NCBI GenBank assembly: GCA_951813565.1
Contig: OX638351.1
Span: 4,704,001-4,768,000, forward strand
Length of the DNA stretch: 64,000 nt
Source of the DNA: an uncultured Poribacteria bacterium
GTDB lineage: Bacteria > Poribacteria > WGA-4E > WGA-3G
Direction: 5' to 3'
The position numbers and the translations under genes were made by a program. Shown piece by piece: positions 49,590 to 59,322 of this stretch. Each line of letters starts with the position of its first letter. Positions within the stretch are counted from its first letter, which is position 1. The notes beneath the pieces were generated by a model, which had not been told where the DNA came from, made no database searches, and was given only the letters and a program-made list of their open reading frames with translations.

Positions 49590-50237
49590 CTATTTATTCT
49601 GATCAGAAAGTTGCGCGCGTATCCCTGCAGTGACGGTATGCAACGCGATAGGATTATCATTCAAAAACGGGACAATTAGATCTGCGTATTTTTTACAAGG
49701 TTCTGTGTAAATTGGGAAATTAGGGAGTACATCCCGTCGGTACCAACTGATTGCGCTTTCAAGGTTTCCGCTGCGTGTGCCGACATCGCGGAGCATTCGC
49801 CGCATCACACGTTCATGTGCATCAACATCCAAGAAAAGTTTGACATCTATTAACTCACGGAGTTGCTGATTCCAATAGATAAGATGTCCCTCCACAATTA
49901 CAACATCGCTTGATTCTATAATTTTCTTTTTATCACCGCGTTGTGCTGCACGTGTTCCGGGGGCAGGCGTTTCTATAGGCTTTCGCAAGCGGAGTTTTTC
50001 AACATCTGCAATAAGCACATCCCAACACACTGCATCAGGATGATTCGCGGTTACCACTTTTTCGCGCTCTTCAGGCGAATATTCTGACCAATCCCGAAAA
50101 TAGGAGTCTTGGTGTAACGTGACAGGCGAAAATTCAGCGAGTTGGTCTGCTAAAGCAGTGGCGAACGTTGTTTTTCCAGAAGCTGAACCACCCATAATGC
50201 CAACGGTAATTGGTCTAAACATATTATTTTTTGCCAT
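49590..50237 (-). CDS. udk: Uridine kinase
   Basis: VGIMGGSASGKTT, LHQDSYF, NHPDA, IVEGH, RRMLRD, YADLIVP. Confidence 0.85.
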   Translation of the reverse strand: MAKNNMFRPITVGIMGGSASGKTTFATALADQLAEFSPVTLHQDSYFRDWSEYSPEEREKVVTANHPDAVCWDVLIADVEKLRLRKPIETPAPGTRAAQRGDKKKIIESSDVVIVEGHLIYWNQQLRELIDVKLFLDVDAHERVMRRMLRDVGTRSGNLESAISWYRRDVLPNFPIYTEPCKKYADLIVPFLNDNPIALHTVTAGIRAQLSDQNK

Positions 50238-50437
50238 TATTCCATGCTATCATTAAGATTTGTTTTCACCAGAAACAAAAATAGGATAACATAAATCAGG
50301 GTTATTGTCAAACTTTGAATCATTTGACTTCAGCAGGCTTTTTATGTTATCCTATTAATTAAACGAAGGATTTGTAAGGTCAGCTGAACTGTAACATGGG
50401 ACCATACCCGATATCGTAGTTATCTTGGAGAAAAAGT

Positions 50438-52288
50438 ATGTTTTGGGAAAAGATTGAATCGCAATTTAAAGTCGCCGCTGCACACCAATTTTTACTACAC
50501 TTTAATGTTAATGATTTACTACACGACGAACTCTATGGCTATTTACCGGCCTTGGACTACCTGATGGAACAACTAAACGCACTCGGGTGCCGTCTGGTTA
50601 TGGGGTACAACGCAACACGAGGAATTATGTGGGCCAATGCAGGCAAATGGTTGGAAACGCAGAAAATTTTAGGGCTTATTCCTAAAGATCAAGGACTTCC
50701 AGAATACACAGAGGTGCGAAAAAGGATTAATACCCAACTCTCTTACCATAAGCTTCATGAAGACCCATTTCTTAAGATTGATCCATTACCTACAAAAGAT
50801 CTGGCAAATAAGTTACATAATCTGCTGAATCAAGACAGAGCCAGAGTGGGCTTGATTATCAGTAATCTTGAACAGATCGCCCCAAACGATCCTATGTTTG
50901 ACACAGGGGCAAAAGACAACCTACAATTCTTCTTCCATCAACTCCAAAATTGGGCATCAGACTTGGAAATTCGTAGAAAAAAACATATTATCTTACTTCT
51001 CACACAAAATACTTACGATATTCATCCGCATTTTCTTGTGAATCAAGAAATACCTATTGTGGAGGTGCCGTTTCCAGATTATGATGAGCGTTTGAAGTTT
51101 ATTGAACATTTAAGCACAATCCCGCAAGAAATTTTACAAGATGATTCTCCAGATGCAAGAGTGCAAGTGCAATTAAAGCTTGGTAATGACCGCGAAAAGC
51201 AGACCTTAGCAAGAGACACAGCTGGCTTAAATCTATTTGCTATTCACGATTTGGTGCGGCACGCAGCCTCTTTAAAACAGAAAATAGAAGGGCCAATGCT
51301 TGCAAACTATCGGTATGAGAGCGTCAAAACATTTAGCCATGGAATTATTGAAGTAAATCAACCACTTACAAATCCGCAACAGCATTGGTCAAACCATGTA
51401 ACAAGGGTCATCCAAGATATTGTAGGTGGTTTAAAAGAACAGGATATGAGACGAGTGCCACGGGGAGTTCTTTTGCTTGGTCCCACCGGCAATGGAAACA
51501 TCTATGCAGCGCGTATGTTAGCTGGACAGACAAATATGGCATTTGTGCGACTTCGTTATGCGAGTCAGATAAGCGAAGTAACAATAAACATTAATGATAA
51601 CGGTAATAGTTATGATAGAAACTTGAATTCTGCTATCAACTTTATTCGCGGGCTTGCGCCTGTCGTTGTGTTTATGGACGAAATTGAGCAGGCTTCCCCG
51701 CATACAAGCATGAATATAGGAAACTTAGAACGCACCTTTCCTGCTCTTCTTACGAATGCTATTAGCGATGCTTCCTTGCATGGGAAGGTGATATGGGTTG
51801 GCACCTCAAACCGTCCCGATTTGATACCGCCTATTTTCCGCCGTCCTGAGATATTTAGTCATAAATTAGTGCTTCTGCCACCTATGCGGGAGAGCCGAGG
51901 GGGTATTTTGCAGTTTTTCTGCCGACTCCACACACAGGAAAAAATTAATTTCCAAGAAATTGCGAGAGATGAAAAACTACGTGGTGTAAGTGTCAACGAT
52001 CTAAATATAATTGCACAACGTAGCCACAACGTTGCAAAACGCAAGAATCGCAATACTTTCACAGAAGAAGATTTACGCGAGGTGATATCAGATTTTATGC
52101 CGGACTATTCTCCGGAGATGCGATTGTTTATGGTGTTGTTGGCGTTACAGGAGGCGAATTCCCGCGCAATGATACCAGATAGATTGCCGCCGCCATATCA
52201 AGAGTTTGTGAATGAAGATCGGATTGACAAGACAAAGATAAACGCACGTTTGATGGAACTTGGTAAAGAACTGGGATTGACTGCTTGA
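50438..52288 (+). CDS. AAA+ ATPase-like protein with a degenerate Walker A
   Basis: PRGVLLLGPTGNGNI, VVFMDEIEQ, SNRPDLIPPIFRRPEIF. Confidence 0.8.
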   Translation: MFWEKIESQFKVAAAHQFLLHFNVNDLLHDELYGYLPALDYLMEQLNALGCRLVMGYNATRGIMWANAGKWLETQKILGLIPKDQGLPEYTEVRKRINTQLSYHKLHEDPFLKIDPLPTKDLANKLHNLLNQDRARVGLIISNLEQIAPNDPMFDTGAKDNLQFFFHQLQNWASDLEIRRKKHIILLLTQNTYDIHPHFLVNQEIPIVEVPFPDYDERLKFIEHLSTIPQEILQDDSPDARVQVQLKLGNDREKQTLARDTAGLNLFAIHDLVRHAASLKQKIEGPMLANYRYESVKTFSHGIIEVNQPLTNPQQHWSNHVTRVIQDIVGGLKEQDMRRVPRGVLLLGPTGNGNIYAARMLAGQTNMAFVRLRYASQISEVTININDNGNSYDRNLNSAINFIRGLAPVVVFMDEIEQASPHTSMNIGNLERTFPALLTNAISDASLHGKVIWVGTSNRPDLIPPIFRRPEIFSHKLVLLPPMRESRGGILQFFCRLHTQEKINFQEIARDEKLRGVSVNDLNIIAQRSHNVAKRKNRNTFTEEDLREVISDFMPDYSPEMRLFMVLLALQEANSRAMIPDRLPPPYQEFVNEDRIDKTKINARLMELGKELGLTA

Positions 52289-52330
52289 AATTTAAGTAGG
52301 GTTCTGGAGAATTTAGTTCTGTTATAAACA

Positions 52331-52363
52331 TAACGCTCCTGTTGTAAATCAACAGGAGCGTTA
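52331..52363. terminator. Stem-loop between convergent genes
   Basis: TAACGCTCCTGTTG-TAAAT-CAACAGGAGCGTTA perfect 14-bp stem. Confidence 0.75.
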
Positions 52364-52440
52364 TTCCACTTGCTTGAATAGCCCTTATTTAGTCAGATGA
52401 CTAAATTTTGTATAAATCGTAAGGCATATTCCTCACAGTG

Positions 52441-52746
52441 TTATTCTTCTTCGTAGCGGTTTTGATAGCGCTGTCCACCGCCGCCACCACCACCGGAACG
52501 TCGTTCACGTGGACGGGCGGGATTGACTTTCAACGGGCGTCCCTGGATCTCTTGACCATCAAGAGCTTCAATTGCTCGTTCACCATCTTCTTGATTTTCC
52601 ATTTCAACGAATCCATAACCTTTGGAGCGGCCATCATAACGGTCGCGTATAATTGTTACCGAACTAAGTGGTCCATGCGGTTCAAATAGTTCTTCCAAGT
52701 CAGTTTCTGTCGCTGCATAGGGCACATTGCCAACGTAGATGTTCAT
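52441..52746 (-). CDS. RRM-domain RNA-binding protein with a Gly-rich tail
   Basis: IYVGNV (RNP2), SKGYGFVEM (RNP1), GRPLKVN.ARPR, GGGGGGG. Confidence 0.95.
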   Translation of the reverse strand: MNIYVGNVPYAATETDLEELFEPHGPLSSVTIIRDRYDGRSKGYGFVEMENQEDGERAIEALDGQEIQGRPLKVNPARPRERRSGGGGGGGQRYQNRYEEE

Positions 52747-52991
52747 CTCGTTTCTCCTTTTGAAATTGAAATAAACGGGAATGTGAGAAAACTGAGTACT
52801 GTCAGCATGTTGTTCTATAGGCAGGCATTTGGCAGTGCTAAGATTGGCAAAAATGAACTCGGATTCTCATCAATCTTCTTCGGAAGCCGCTTCACAATCT
52901 AACTGAATGCTCCTGGTTCCAAACTGTAAAACTGTCAAAATACTACACATAATCTGGTTCGCAGACACCATCACATTTCCCAAACGTTAAT

Positions 52992-53020
52992 ATGATACTA
53001 CAAATTATTAAATTTGTCAA
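52992..53020 (-). promoter_or_regulatory. Sigma-70 promoter of the RRM gene (about 240-nt 5' UTR)
   Basis: TTGACA-17 bp-TATCAT on the minus strand. Confidence 0.75.
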
Positions 53021-53041
53021 ATTTGATTTTACTATTTCTAA

Positions 53042-55867
53042 TTATTTCGCGTCCATCCAATTATCCCCGATACCTGTTTCCGTGCGAAGTGGCACACGCA
53101 GTGTCAATGCGTTTTCCATTTCTTCTGATACAATTGCAGCTTGTGCTTCTGCCAATTCATTCGGTACTTCAAGAATAAGTTCATCATGGATTTGCAATAA
53201 CATCTTCAAAGGCAACTGATCTTTGTCAATTCTGTGTTGGACTTTGACCATAGCGGCTTTTATCAAATCTGCTGCAGTGCCTTGAATAACAGTGTTAATA
53301 GCTAACCGTTCCCCCAAACTTTGCCTGCTCTGGGAATGTTCAAAGATTTCAGGGATAGCACGGCGCCGACCCGTTAATGTAGCGACATAACCTTGCTCTA
53401 ATGCTTGTTGAACGCAGTTTTGGAAAAACACGTTGATACCCGGAAACCGTTCTTTGTAATTTGTAATCAATTCCCTCGCTTCATCTATATTCATCCCCTG
53501 AATTCTGCGTGCTAATCCTGAGGGTGAAACACCGTAGATGATACCAAAATTGACGATCTTTGCTTTGTCTCTGAGTTCGCGGGATACGTCTTCTGGCGGC
53601 ACCTTAAATACTTCTGATGCAACCGATGTATGAATATCTAAATCTTGTGTGAATATCTCCGTCAGTTTCGGATCTTCACTGAAATGTGCTAATACACGAA
53701 GTTCAATCTGCGAATAATCTGCACAGATTAACTTATGCCCATCCGGTGCTATAAATGCGCGTCGCAACTGACGTCCGATTTCTGATCGGACGGGAATATT
53801 CTGTAGATTTGGACTGTCAGATTTTAATCTGCCGGTGGCTGTCGTCAATTGATAGAGGTGTGTGTGTATCCGTTTTGTCTGTTCATCAACTGAATGGCGC
53901 AGCTGCCCAAGATAGGTGCTTTGTAGATTACGGCATTGACGATATTCAATAATTAGACGCGGTACACACGTTTTCGGATTATTTATGTCCTCTTGTGCAG
54001 CAAGTGCTTCAAGAACATTTACATCGGTTGAATTTTTCCCAGTTTTGGTGCGTCTGACGGGTTTGAAACCGATGTCATCAAACAATATTTCTGCCAACCT
54101 GCTTGGTGAATCTATATTAAAGGAATAACCGACTAACTCGTGTATCTCTTTTTCGCGTTCATTCACGAGTTTTTCCACCACGCTGGTCTGCCTTTTCAAT
54201 TCCTCAGTATCACATACGATACCGTTAAACTCCATCAAGGCAAGCACTGGACCCAGCGGGGATTCTATTTCTCTAACCAATTCATCGGTTTCGGTTTCCT
54301 CAAGTTTCGGTTTGAAATAGTGGTAGAGTTGAAGGACAATATCAGTATCCTCTGAAGCGTATTTTGTTACCACCTCAAAGGGAATTTTATCTATTGATGT
54401 GGAATCTTCATCACCAATCAAGTCTGAAATCGGAATCATCTTATGGTTTAAGTGCAGTAGTGCGAGATTATCCAGATTATGTGAGGGTTGCCTTGGATCT
54501 ACAAGTTGGCTTGCCAACATTGTATCAAAAACAACGCCGTTCAGTTGAACACCGTGCCGAATAAAGATACTTGCATCAAATTTCAGGTTGTGCCCACATT
54601 TTGGCAATTCCGGGTTTTCCAAAATCGGTTTGAGTTTGGAAATGACCGTTTCCTGATCCAAATGTTTTTCAGGATTAGATGAGCGGATAGGCACATAGAC
54701 CCCTTGCTTCGGTTCCCATGAAAAACTTATACCGCACAAGGCAGAATTACGATACAAGCCATCTGTTTCTGTATCTACAGCGATAATCGGTTGTGTTTCA
54801 AGCGTTTCAACAAGGGATGCCAATTGCGCTTCCGTAGTAATAGCAGTGTAGTCGCCAGATTCTGCAGTTGTGTAATTTCCTTCTTCCAAGATGGCTTCTT
54901 TTTCCTGCTCCATCGCCTCCAATCGTTCTTTTCTGGTGGTTTGAACATCAGTTTTGACTTGATCGGATGTCGTGTTTCCTGCAGCAAGATCAGCGACAGG
55001 TTTTTGATAACGTTTGAGTTCCAGTTGTTCAAACAAAGGATTGATTATGCTGAGATCGGGCGGTTTGATGCGTGCTTGTTCCAGCGAGAAATCCAGTTCT
55101 GCATCACGCTTAAGTGTTACGAGTTGTTGGGAAAGTGAAATATATTCTTGTGCTTTCTCTAAATTCTCACGCCGCTTGCCCTTAATCTGGTCTATATTCG
55201 CGTAGATATTCTCAAGTGAACCAAACTCTTGGATCAACTTAGCAGCAGTTTTCAAACCGATTCCTTCAACCCCGGGCACATTGTCGGATGTGTCTCCCAT
55301 TAAGGCGAGCGTATCAATAACCTGATCAGGCGTAATTCCTTTATCTTCCATAAGCGACGCAACATCAATTGTTTTTTCCTTGCGGATGTCAAACATTGTA
55401 ACTCGGTCGCAGAGCAATTGCTCAAGGTCTTTGTCTTTAGAGATAATGCGGACATGGACATCTTGTGTATCAGGTGAATCCAATATGAGTTGTACAACAG
55501 AGGCAATAATATCGTCTGCTTCAAGTTCCGGTTTACCCATCACAGGAATTTGAAAAGTTTCAAGTATCTGTTGAATGCGGGGGATCTGTGTAACAAGGTC
55601 GTCTGGTGGCGTCCTACGATGCCCTTTGTATTCCTCGTACATTTCGTTTCGGAAGGTGTCGCCAGGCATATCAATAGCAGCGACAACATATTGGGCTTTG
55701 TAATCGGATAATAGCTTGATAAGCGTCCCAACAAAGCCGAATATAGCATTGGTAGGTTCGCCTGTAACAGAACTCACCAATCTGGTTTGAATAGCATAAT
55801 AGGATCGAAAAATCTCAGCAAGTGTATCAATAATATAGAGCGTTTTTGGATTCTCGTTTGGTGTCAT
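53042..55867 (-). CDS. polA: DNA polymerase I
   Basis: 5'-3' exonuclease (EADD, LMGDTSDNVPGV), 3'-5' exonuclease (DTET, GHNLKFD), polymerase (PNLQNIP, ADYSQIELR, NFGIIYG, LLQIHDEL). Confidence 0.97.
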   Translation of the reverse strand: MTPNENPKTLYIIDTLAEIFRSYYAIQTRLVSSVTGEPTNAIFGFVGTLIKLLSDYKAQYVVAAIDMPGDTFRNEMYEEYKGHRRTPPDDLVTQIPRIQQILETFQIPVMGKPELEADDIIASVVQLILDSPDTQDVHVRIISKDKDLEQLLCDRVTMFDIRKEKTIDVASLMEDKGITPDQVIDTLALMGDTSDNVPGVEGIGLKTAAKLIQEFGSLENIYANIDQIKGKRRENLEKAQEYISLSQQLVTLKRDAELDFSLEQARIKPPDLSIINPLFEQLELKRYQKPVADLAAGNTTSDQVKTDVQTTRKERLEAMEQEKEAILEEGNYTTAESGDYTAITTEAQLASLVETLETQPIIAVDTETDGLYRNSALCGISFSWEPKQGVYVPIRSSNPEKHLDQETVISKLKPILENPELPKCGHNLKFDASIFIRHGVQLNGVVFDTMLASQLVDPRQPSHNLDNLALLHLNHKMIPISDLIGDEDSTSIDKIPFEVVTKYASEDTDIVLQLYHYFKPKLEETETDELVREIESPLGPVLALMEFNGIVCDTEELKRQTSVVEKLVNEREKEIHELVGYSFNIDSPSRLAEILFDDIGFKPVRRTKTGKNSTDVNVLEALAAQEDINNPKTCVPRLIIEYRQCRNLQSTYLGQLRHSVDEQTKRIHTHLYQLTTATGRLKSDSPNLQNIPVRSEIGRQLRRAFIAPDGHKLICADYSQIELRVLAHFSEDPKLTEIFTQDLDIHTSVASEVFKVPPEDVSRELRDKAKIVNFGIIYGVSPSGLARRIQGMNIDEARELITNYKERFPGINVFFQNCVQQALEQGYVATLTGRRRAIPEIFEHSQSRQSLGERLAINTVIQGTAADLIKAAMVKVQHRIDKDQLPLKMLLQIHDELILEVPNELAEAQAAIVSEEMENALTLRVPLRTETGIGDNWMDAK

Positions 55868-55957
55868 AAAATGTTTCCTTATGATTTATAGCAAAATTAA
55901 AACAAGTGGACTTCTACACTATAAATTAAAACGAAAAAACTTGTATTCTATTTCATT

Positions 55958-56457
55958 ATAGTGGATTTTACAATTAACTGGACATTGTCACTTGGCACGG
56001 ACAAAGTGTTCTACAGTTTTATGGTGAAACCCATAATTATTTTTATACTTTGGTTCATGTGTGAACTTCAAACACACCATGAATGTCCGAGGCGACAAGT
56101 CATGGTGAATACCATACGCGTATTCGCCCAAGTGCGCTTGGCGTTGATTTGGCAATGAATTGCGCTTGGTGAATGCGCCAAATCAAGAAATCAACGGTAT
56201 GAATCATGGCGAATCATGTAGAATACCAAAAGCGTATTCTACCAAGCGCATTCGTCTTTATACCAAATTACCCTAAATCGTAGGGGCGGGTCTCTGTGCC
56301 CGCCCTTACCATCGGCAGTGAAAACAATACAATTCTCGTTAATTTGGTATTAGTCATTCAGCGGGTATGAATGCCTTATGGCATTCCCCGTATGGCATTC
56401 ACATTAAACGCAGCAAACCTATAAAGAACTGTCCAAGTAATTTTAGATTTCACTATA
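55958..56457. mobile_element. Nested Correia-like MITE complex, including a TATACCAAATTA-ended MITE at 56261-56350
   Basis: TATAGTGGATTTTACAATTAACTGGACA / TGTCCAAGTAATTTTAGATTTCACTATA ends; contains the reverse complement of the core of the 2796-3139 element, split at a TA. Confidence 0.75.
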
Positions 56458-56463
56458 ATCAAT

Positions 56464-56581
56464 AGAGCCATTCAGTTTTAGATTTTTCTTAACATTTTAG
56501 CATGGTCGCGAGCTGGAGCTCGTTCCTACAGGAAGAGGTTTTCGGTAGAAGAAAGAAATTACTGGAGAATTGAATGGCTCT
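56464..56581. repeat. MITE (TIR AGAGCCATTCA) with REP GTCGCGAGCTGGAGCTCGTTCCTAC
   Basis: Inverted ends; same REP at about 24628-24652. Confidence 0.6.
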
Positions 56582-56587
56582 GATGAG

Positions 56588-57661
56588 TCAAGATTTTGGA
56601 TAATGCCATTTTCGTAGAGAATCAGATGCAGACAATCCTGCTTCTTGACCGAGGGCGAAGGCAGTCGCAATCAGGTTTCGCTCCCCAGAGATAATGTCTC
56701 CTGCAGCAAAAAGACCGGGAATCGGTTCACCGTTACTGTCTAACATCTGCATGTCCTCGTTGGCAATAATCAAACCCTCTTCATCTTTTTGGTAGTCCCA
56801 TCCATCCAAAAACTTAGTATTGGGAATTAAGCCTTCATCGACGAGGAAACCGTGAAAATATAACTCACTCCCATCAATCATCTCAAAACCGAGGAGATCA
56901 GTTTTTTCACCGATATGCCGCTTTATCTTTGTTTCAATAATATGGATGTTTCGCTCTTTAATCTGTTTGAGAATCGGAGGTGACATCCCGTGAGGTCGTC
57001 CATTTGTGAGGATAGTGATTTTATCAGTAAAATCTTGTGCCCCTATCGCTGCTTCATAGATATAGTCACCCACGCCGAGGAGGGCAAGATGTTCATTCAC
57101 GTGCAAATGTCCATCGCAGCGGATGCAGACGTGCCAACCTTTCTTATTGCCAGCATAGCGAAACACGGTGGCGTACTGTTTATATAACCGTTCAGCATCG
57201 GGTTGAAACTCAATGTCGGGCCACTTATCGTCAAACCCCGAAGCAATAACGACGGTGCGAGATTTGAAATGTTCTATCTGCAGCGGGGAATCTTTCTTAA
57301 GAGTTGCTGTTGATGCCTCCAGTTCAAAAATACCTTTGTTTCGTGTTAGGCGGGTGAGGAGACCGTCCTTGATTTCAATGCCTGTTTTTCGGTGTTCTTC
57401 ACCGAGCATGAACTGGACGACAGGGCGACTTTCCATCCACTTCATGAGTTCTTTGGCAAAGTGCGGTCCAATAATGCCGGGAAAAACCGGGGCATCCTCA
57501 ATTTCAACCGACTTTGACCAATATGCTCTACCACGACTGAAACTTACCTTGCCGGAATGTAGCACCAACACATGCCGCATCTGGTGGCTTGCGGAAACCG
57601 CTGCTTGTGTGCCGGCAGGTCCGGCACCGATTACTGCCACATCGTAAATTGTTTCTACCAT
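56588..57661 (-). CDS. Thioredoxin-reductase-like FAD-dependent oxidoreductase
   Basis: DVAVIGAGPAG, VIASG, CIRCDG (CxxC), PGLFAAGD. Confidence 0.85.
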   Translation of the reverse strand: MVETIYDVAVIGAGPAGTQAAVSASHQMRHVLVLHSGKVSFSRGRAYWSKSVEIEDAPVFPGIIGPHFAKELMKWMESRPVVQFMLGEEHRKTGIEIKDGLLTRLTRNKGIFELEASTATLKKDSPLQIEHFKSRTVVIASGFDDKWPDIEFQPDAERLYKQYATVFRYAGNKKGWHVCIRCDGHLHVNEHLALLGVGDYIYEAAIGAQDFTDKITILTNGRPHGMSPPILKQIKERNIHIIETKIKRHIGEKTDLLGFEMIDGSELYFHGFLVDEGLIPNTKFLDGWDYQKDEEGLIIANEDMQMLDSNGEPIPGLFAAGDIISGERNLIATAFALGQEAGLSASDSLRKWHYPKS

Positions 57662-57730
57662 TTTTTGTTTCCCCTGAAACATTGCGTGTCAAAAATATGA
57701 ATTGTCCAACTATAAAAACTACAATTTTGT

Positions 57731-59176
57731 TTACAATCCGTATTTTTTCCACCGTTCATTGACGAGTTCAATAATTTCGTCAGACATCTGAATTTCTGGG
57801 GGCCATTCTCGGTGGTAACCTTCTTCTTCCCATTTCGTTGTGGCATCAATACCCATTTTTGATCCAGCACCGATAAGGGGTGCAGCGTGGTCAAGCACAT
57901 CAACGGGACCCTCAACGATAGTAACATCACGTTTCGGGTCAACATTGCTTCCGACATAAAAAAGGACTTCCTCTACATTTTGAACATCAACGTCTTTGTC
58001 AACGACAATAATAATTTTGCTGAACATCAGTTGCCCAAGTCCCCAAAAACTGTGCATAATCTTTTTAGCTTGGAAAGGATAACGTTTGTCTATTGAAATC
58101 AGGGCGAAGTTGTGAAATACACCAAATAGAGGCAGGTTCATATCAACAAGTTCAGGAAGTTGCGTTTTAATCAACGGCATAAAGATACGTTCGGTAGCCT
58201 TGCCCATATAGCAATCTTCCATCGGCGGTTTGCCGACAATGATGGTTTGGTAGATCGGGTCTTTGCGGTGGGTAATAGCAGAGATACGGAAAACAGGATA
58301 TTCCTCGGGCATGGAATAAAAGCCTGTATGGTCCCCAAACGGCCCTTCAATACAGGTTTCATCCGGTTCAATGAAACCTTCAATGATAATATCTGCATCG
58401 GCAGGCACCATCATATCAATCGTTTTTGCTGCCACCATCTCAACATTGGATTTTCGGAGGAATCCGGCAAACAGCAATTCATCAATCCCTGATGGAAGTG
58501 GTGCTGTGCCGATATAAGACATAATAGGGTCTCCGCCAATAGCAATTGCCACGGGCATCTGTTCCCCTGCTTGTTTATATTCCCGATGATGTGCTGCGCC
58601 ATCGTGGTGAATCTGCCAATGCATGGCTAACGCATAAGGATTTAATTTCTGTAACCGATAGGTCCCAACGTTCCGTTGTCCAGTGTGTAAACTGTGCGTA
58701 AACACTTGTGGTAATGTGATATATCTGTCGGCATCCATCGGCCAACATTTTATGAGTGGCAGCCTGTCCAATGAAGCGTCTTCGCCTGTTAGGACAACCT
58801 CTTGCGATGCGCCGCGTTTGACGGTTTTTGGTGGGAAGTTGGTGAGTTGTGATAGGATTCGGAGGATTTTGACTTTATCCAGAAGTGACTCAGGCGGACC
58901 TATTTTTATCATGCCTTCAATTTCGTAGGCAATGCGTGAAAGGTCATCTACACCGAGTGCCATTGCCATTCGCGTATAAGACCCGTAGGTATTGATGAGT
59001 AGTGGCATCTCACTACCTTCGACGTTTTCAAACAGCAGTGCTGGTCCACCTGCTTTGCTAATGCGGTCAGTGATTTCACTTATTTCAAGGTCGGGTGATA
59101 CCTCTGTTTTAATACGTTTAAGTTCGCCTGCTCTATCAAGTGCCTTTACGAAATCTCTGAGACTGGAATATGCCAT
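57731..59176 (-). CDS. UbiD-family prFMN decarboxylase (menaquinone/futalosine-pathway type)
   Basis: GGPALLFEN, RNVGTYRLQ, MHWQIHHDG, EGPFGDHTGFY, GKPPMED, GSKMGIDAT. Confidence 0.92.
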   Translation of the reverse strand: MAYSSLRDFVKALDRAGELKRIKTEVSPDLEISEITDRISKAGGPALLFENVEGSEMPLLINTYGSYTRMAMALGVDDLSRIAYEIEGMIKIGPPESLLDKVKILRILSQLTNFPPKTVKRGASQEVVLTGEDASLDRLPLIKCWPMDADRYITLPQVFTHSLHTGQRNVGTYRLQKLNPYALAMHWQIHHDGAAHHREYKQAGEQMPVAIAIGGDPIMSYIGTAPLPSGIDELLFAGFLRKSNVEMVAAKTIDMMVPADADIIIEGFIEPDETCIEGPFGDHTGFYSMPEEYPVFRISAITHRKDPIYQTIIVGKPPMEDCYMGKATERIFMPLIKTQLPELVDMNLPLFGVFHNFALISIDKRYPFQAKKIMHSFWGLGQLMFSKIIIVVDKDVDVQNVEEVLFYVGSNVDPKRDVTIVEGPVDVLDHAAPLIGAGSKMGIDATTKWEEEGYHREWPPEIQMSDEIIELVNERWKKYGL

Positions 59177-59322
59177 TTTTCAACCTTATGAAAGATATTT
59201 CACGGTCTATTTTATCACAAGGCTGGGTGAAATGCAACGACTTCTAACACCATCGTTGATGAATCGGTAGCTGGCATGGGGTAGTGAAGGAAGTGGAAAA
59301 GCCTTAAATTGCATCTGTAAGG

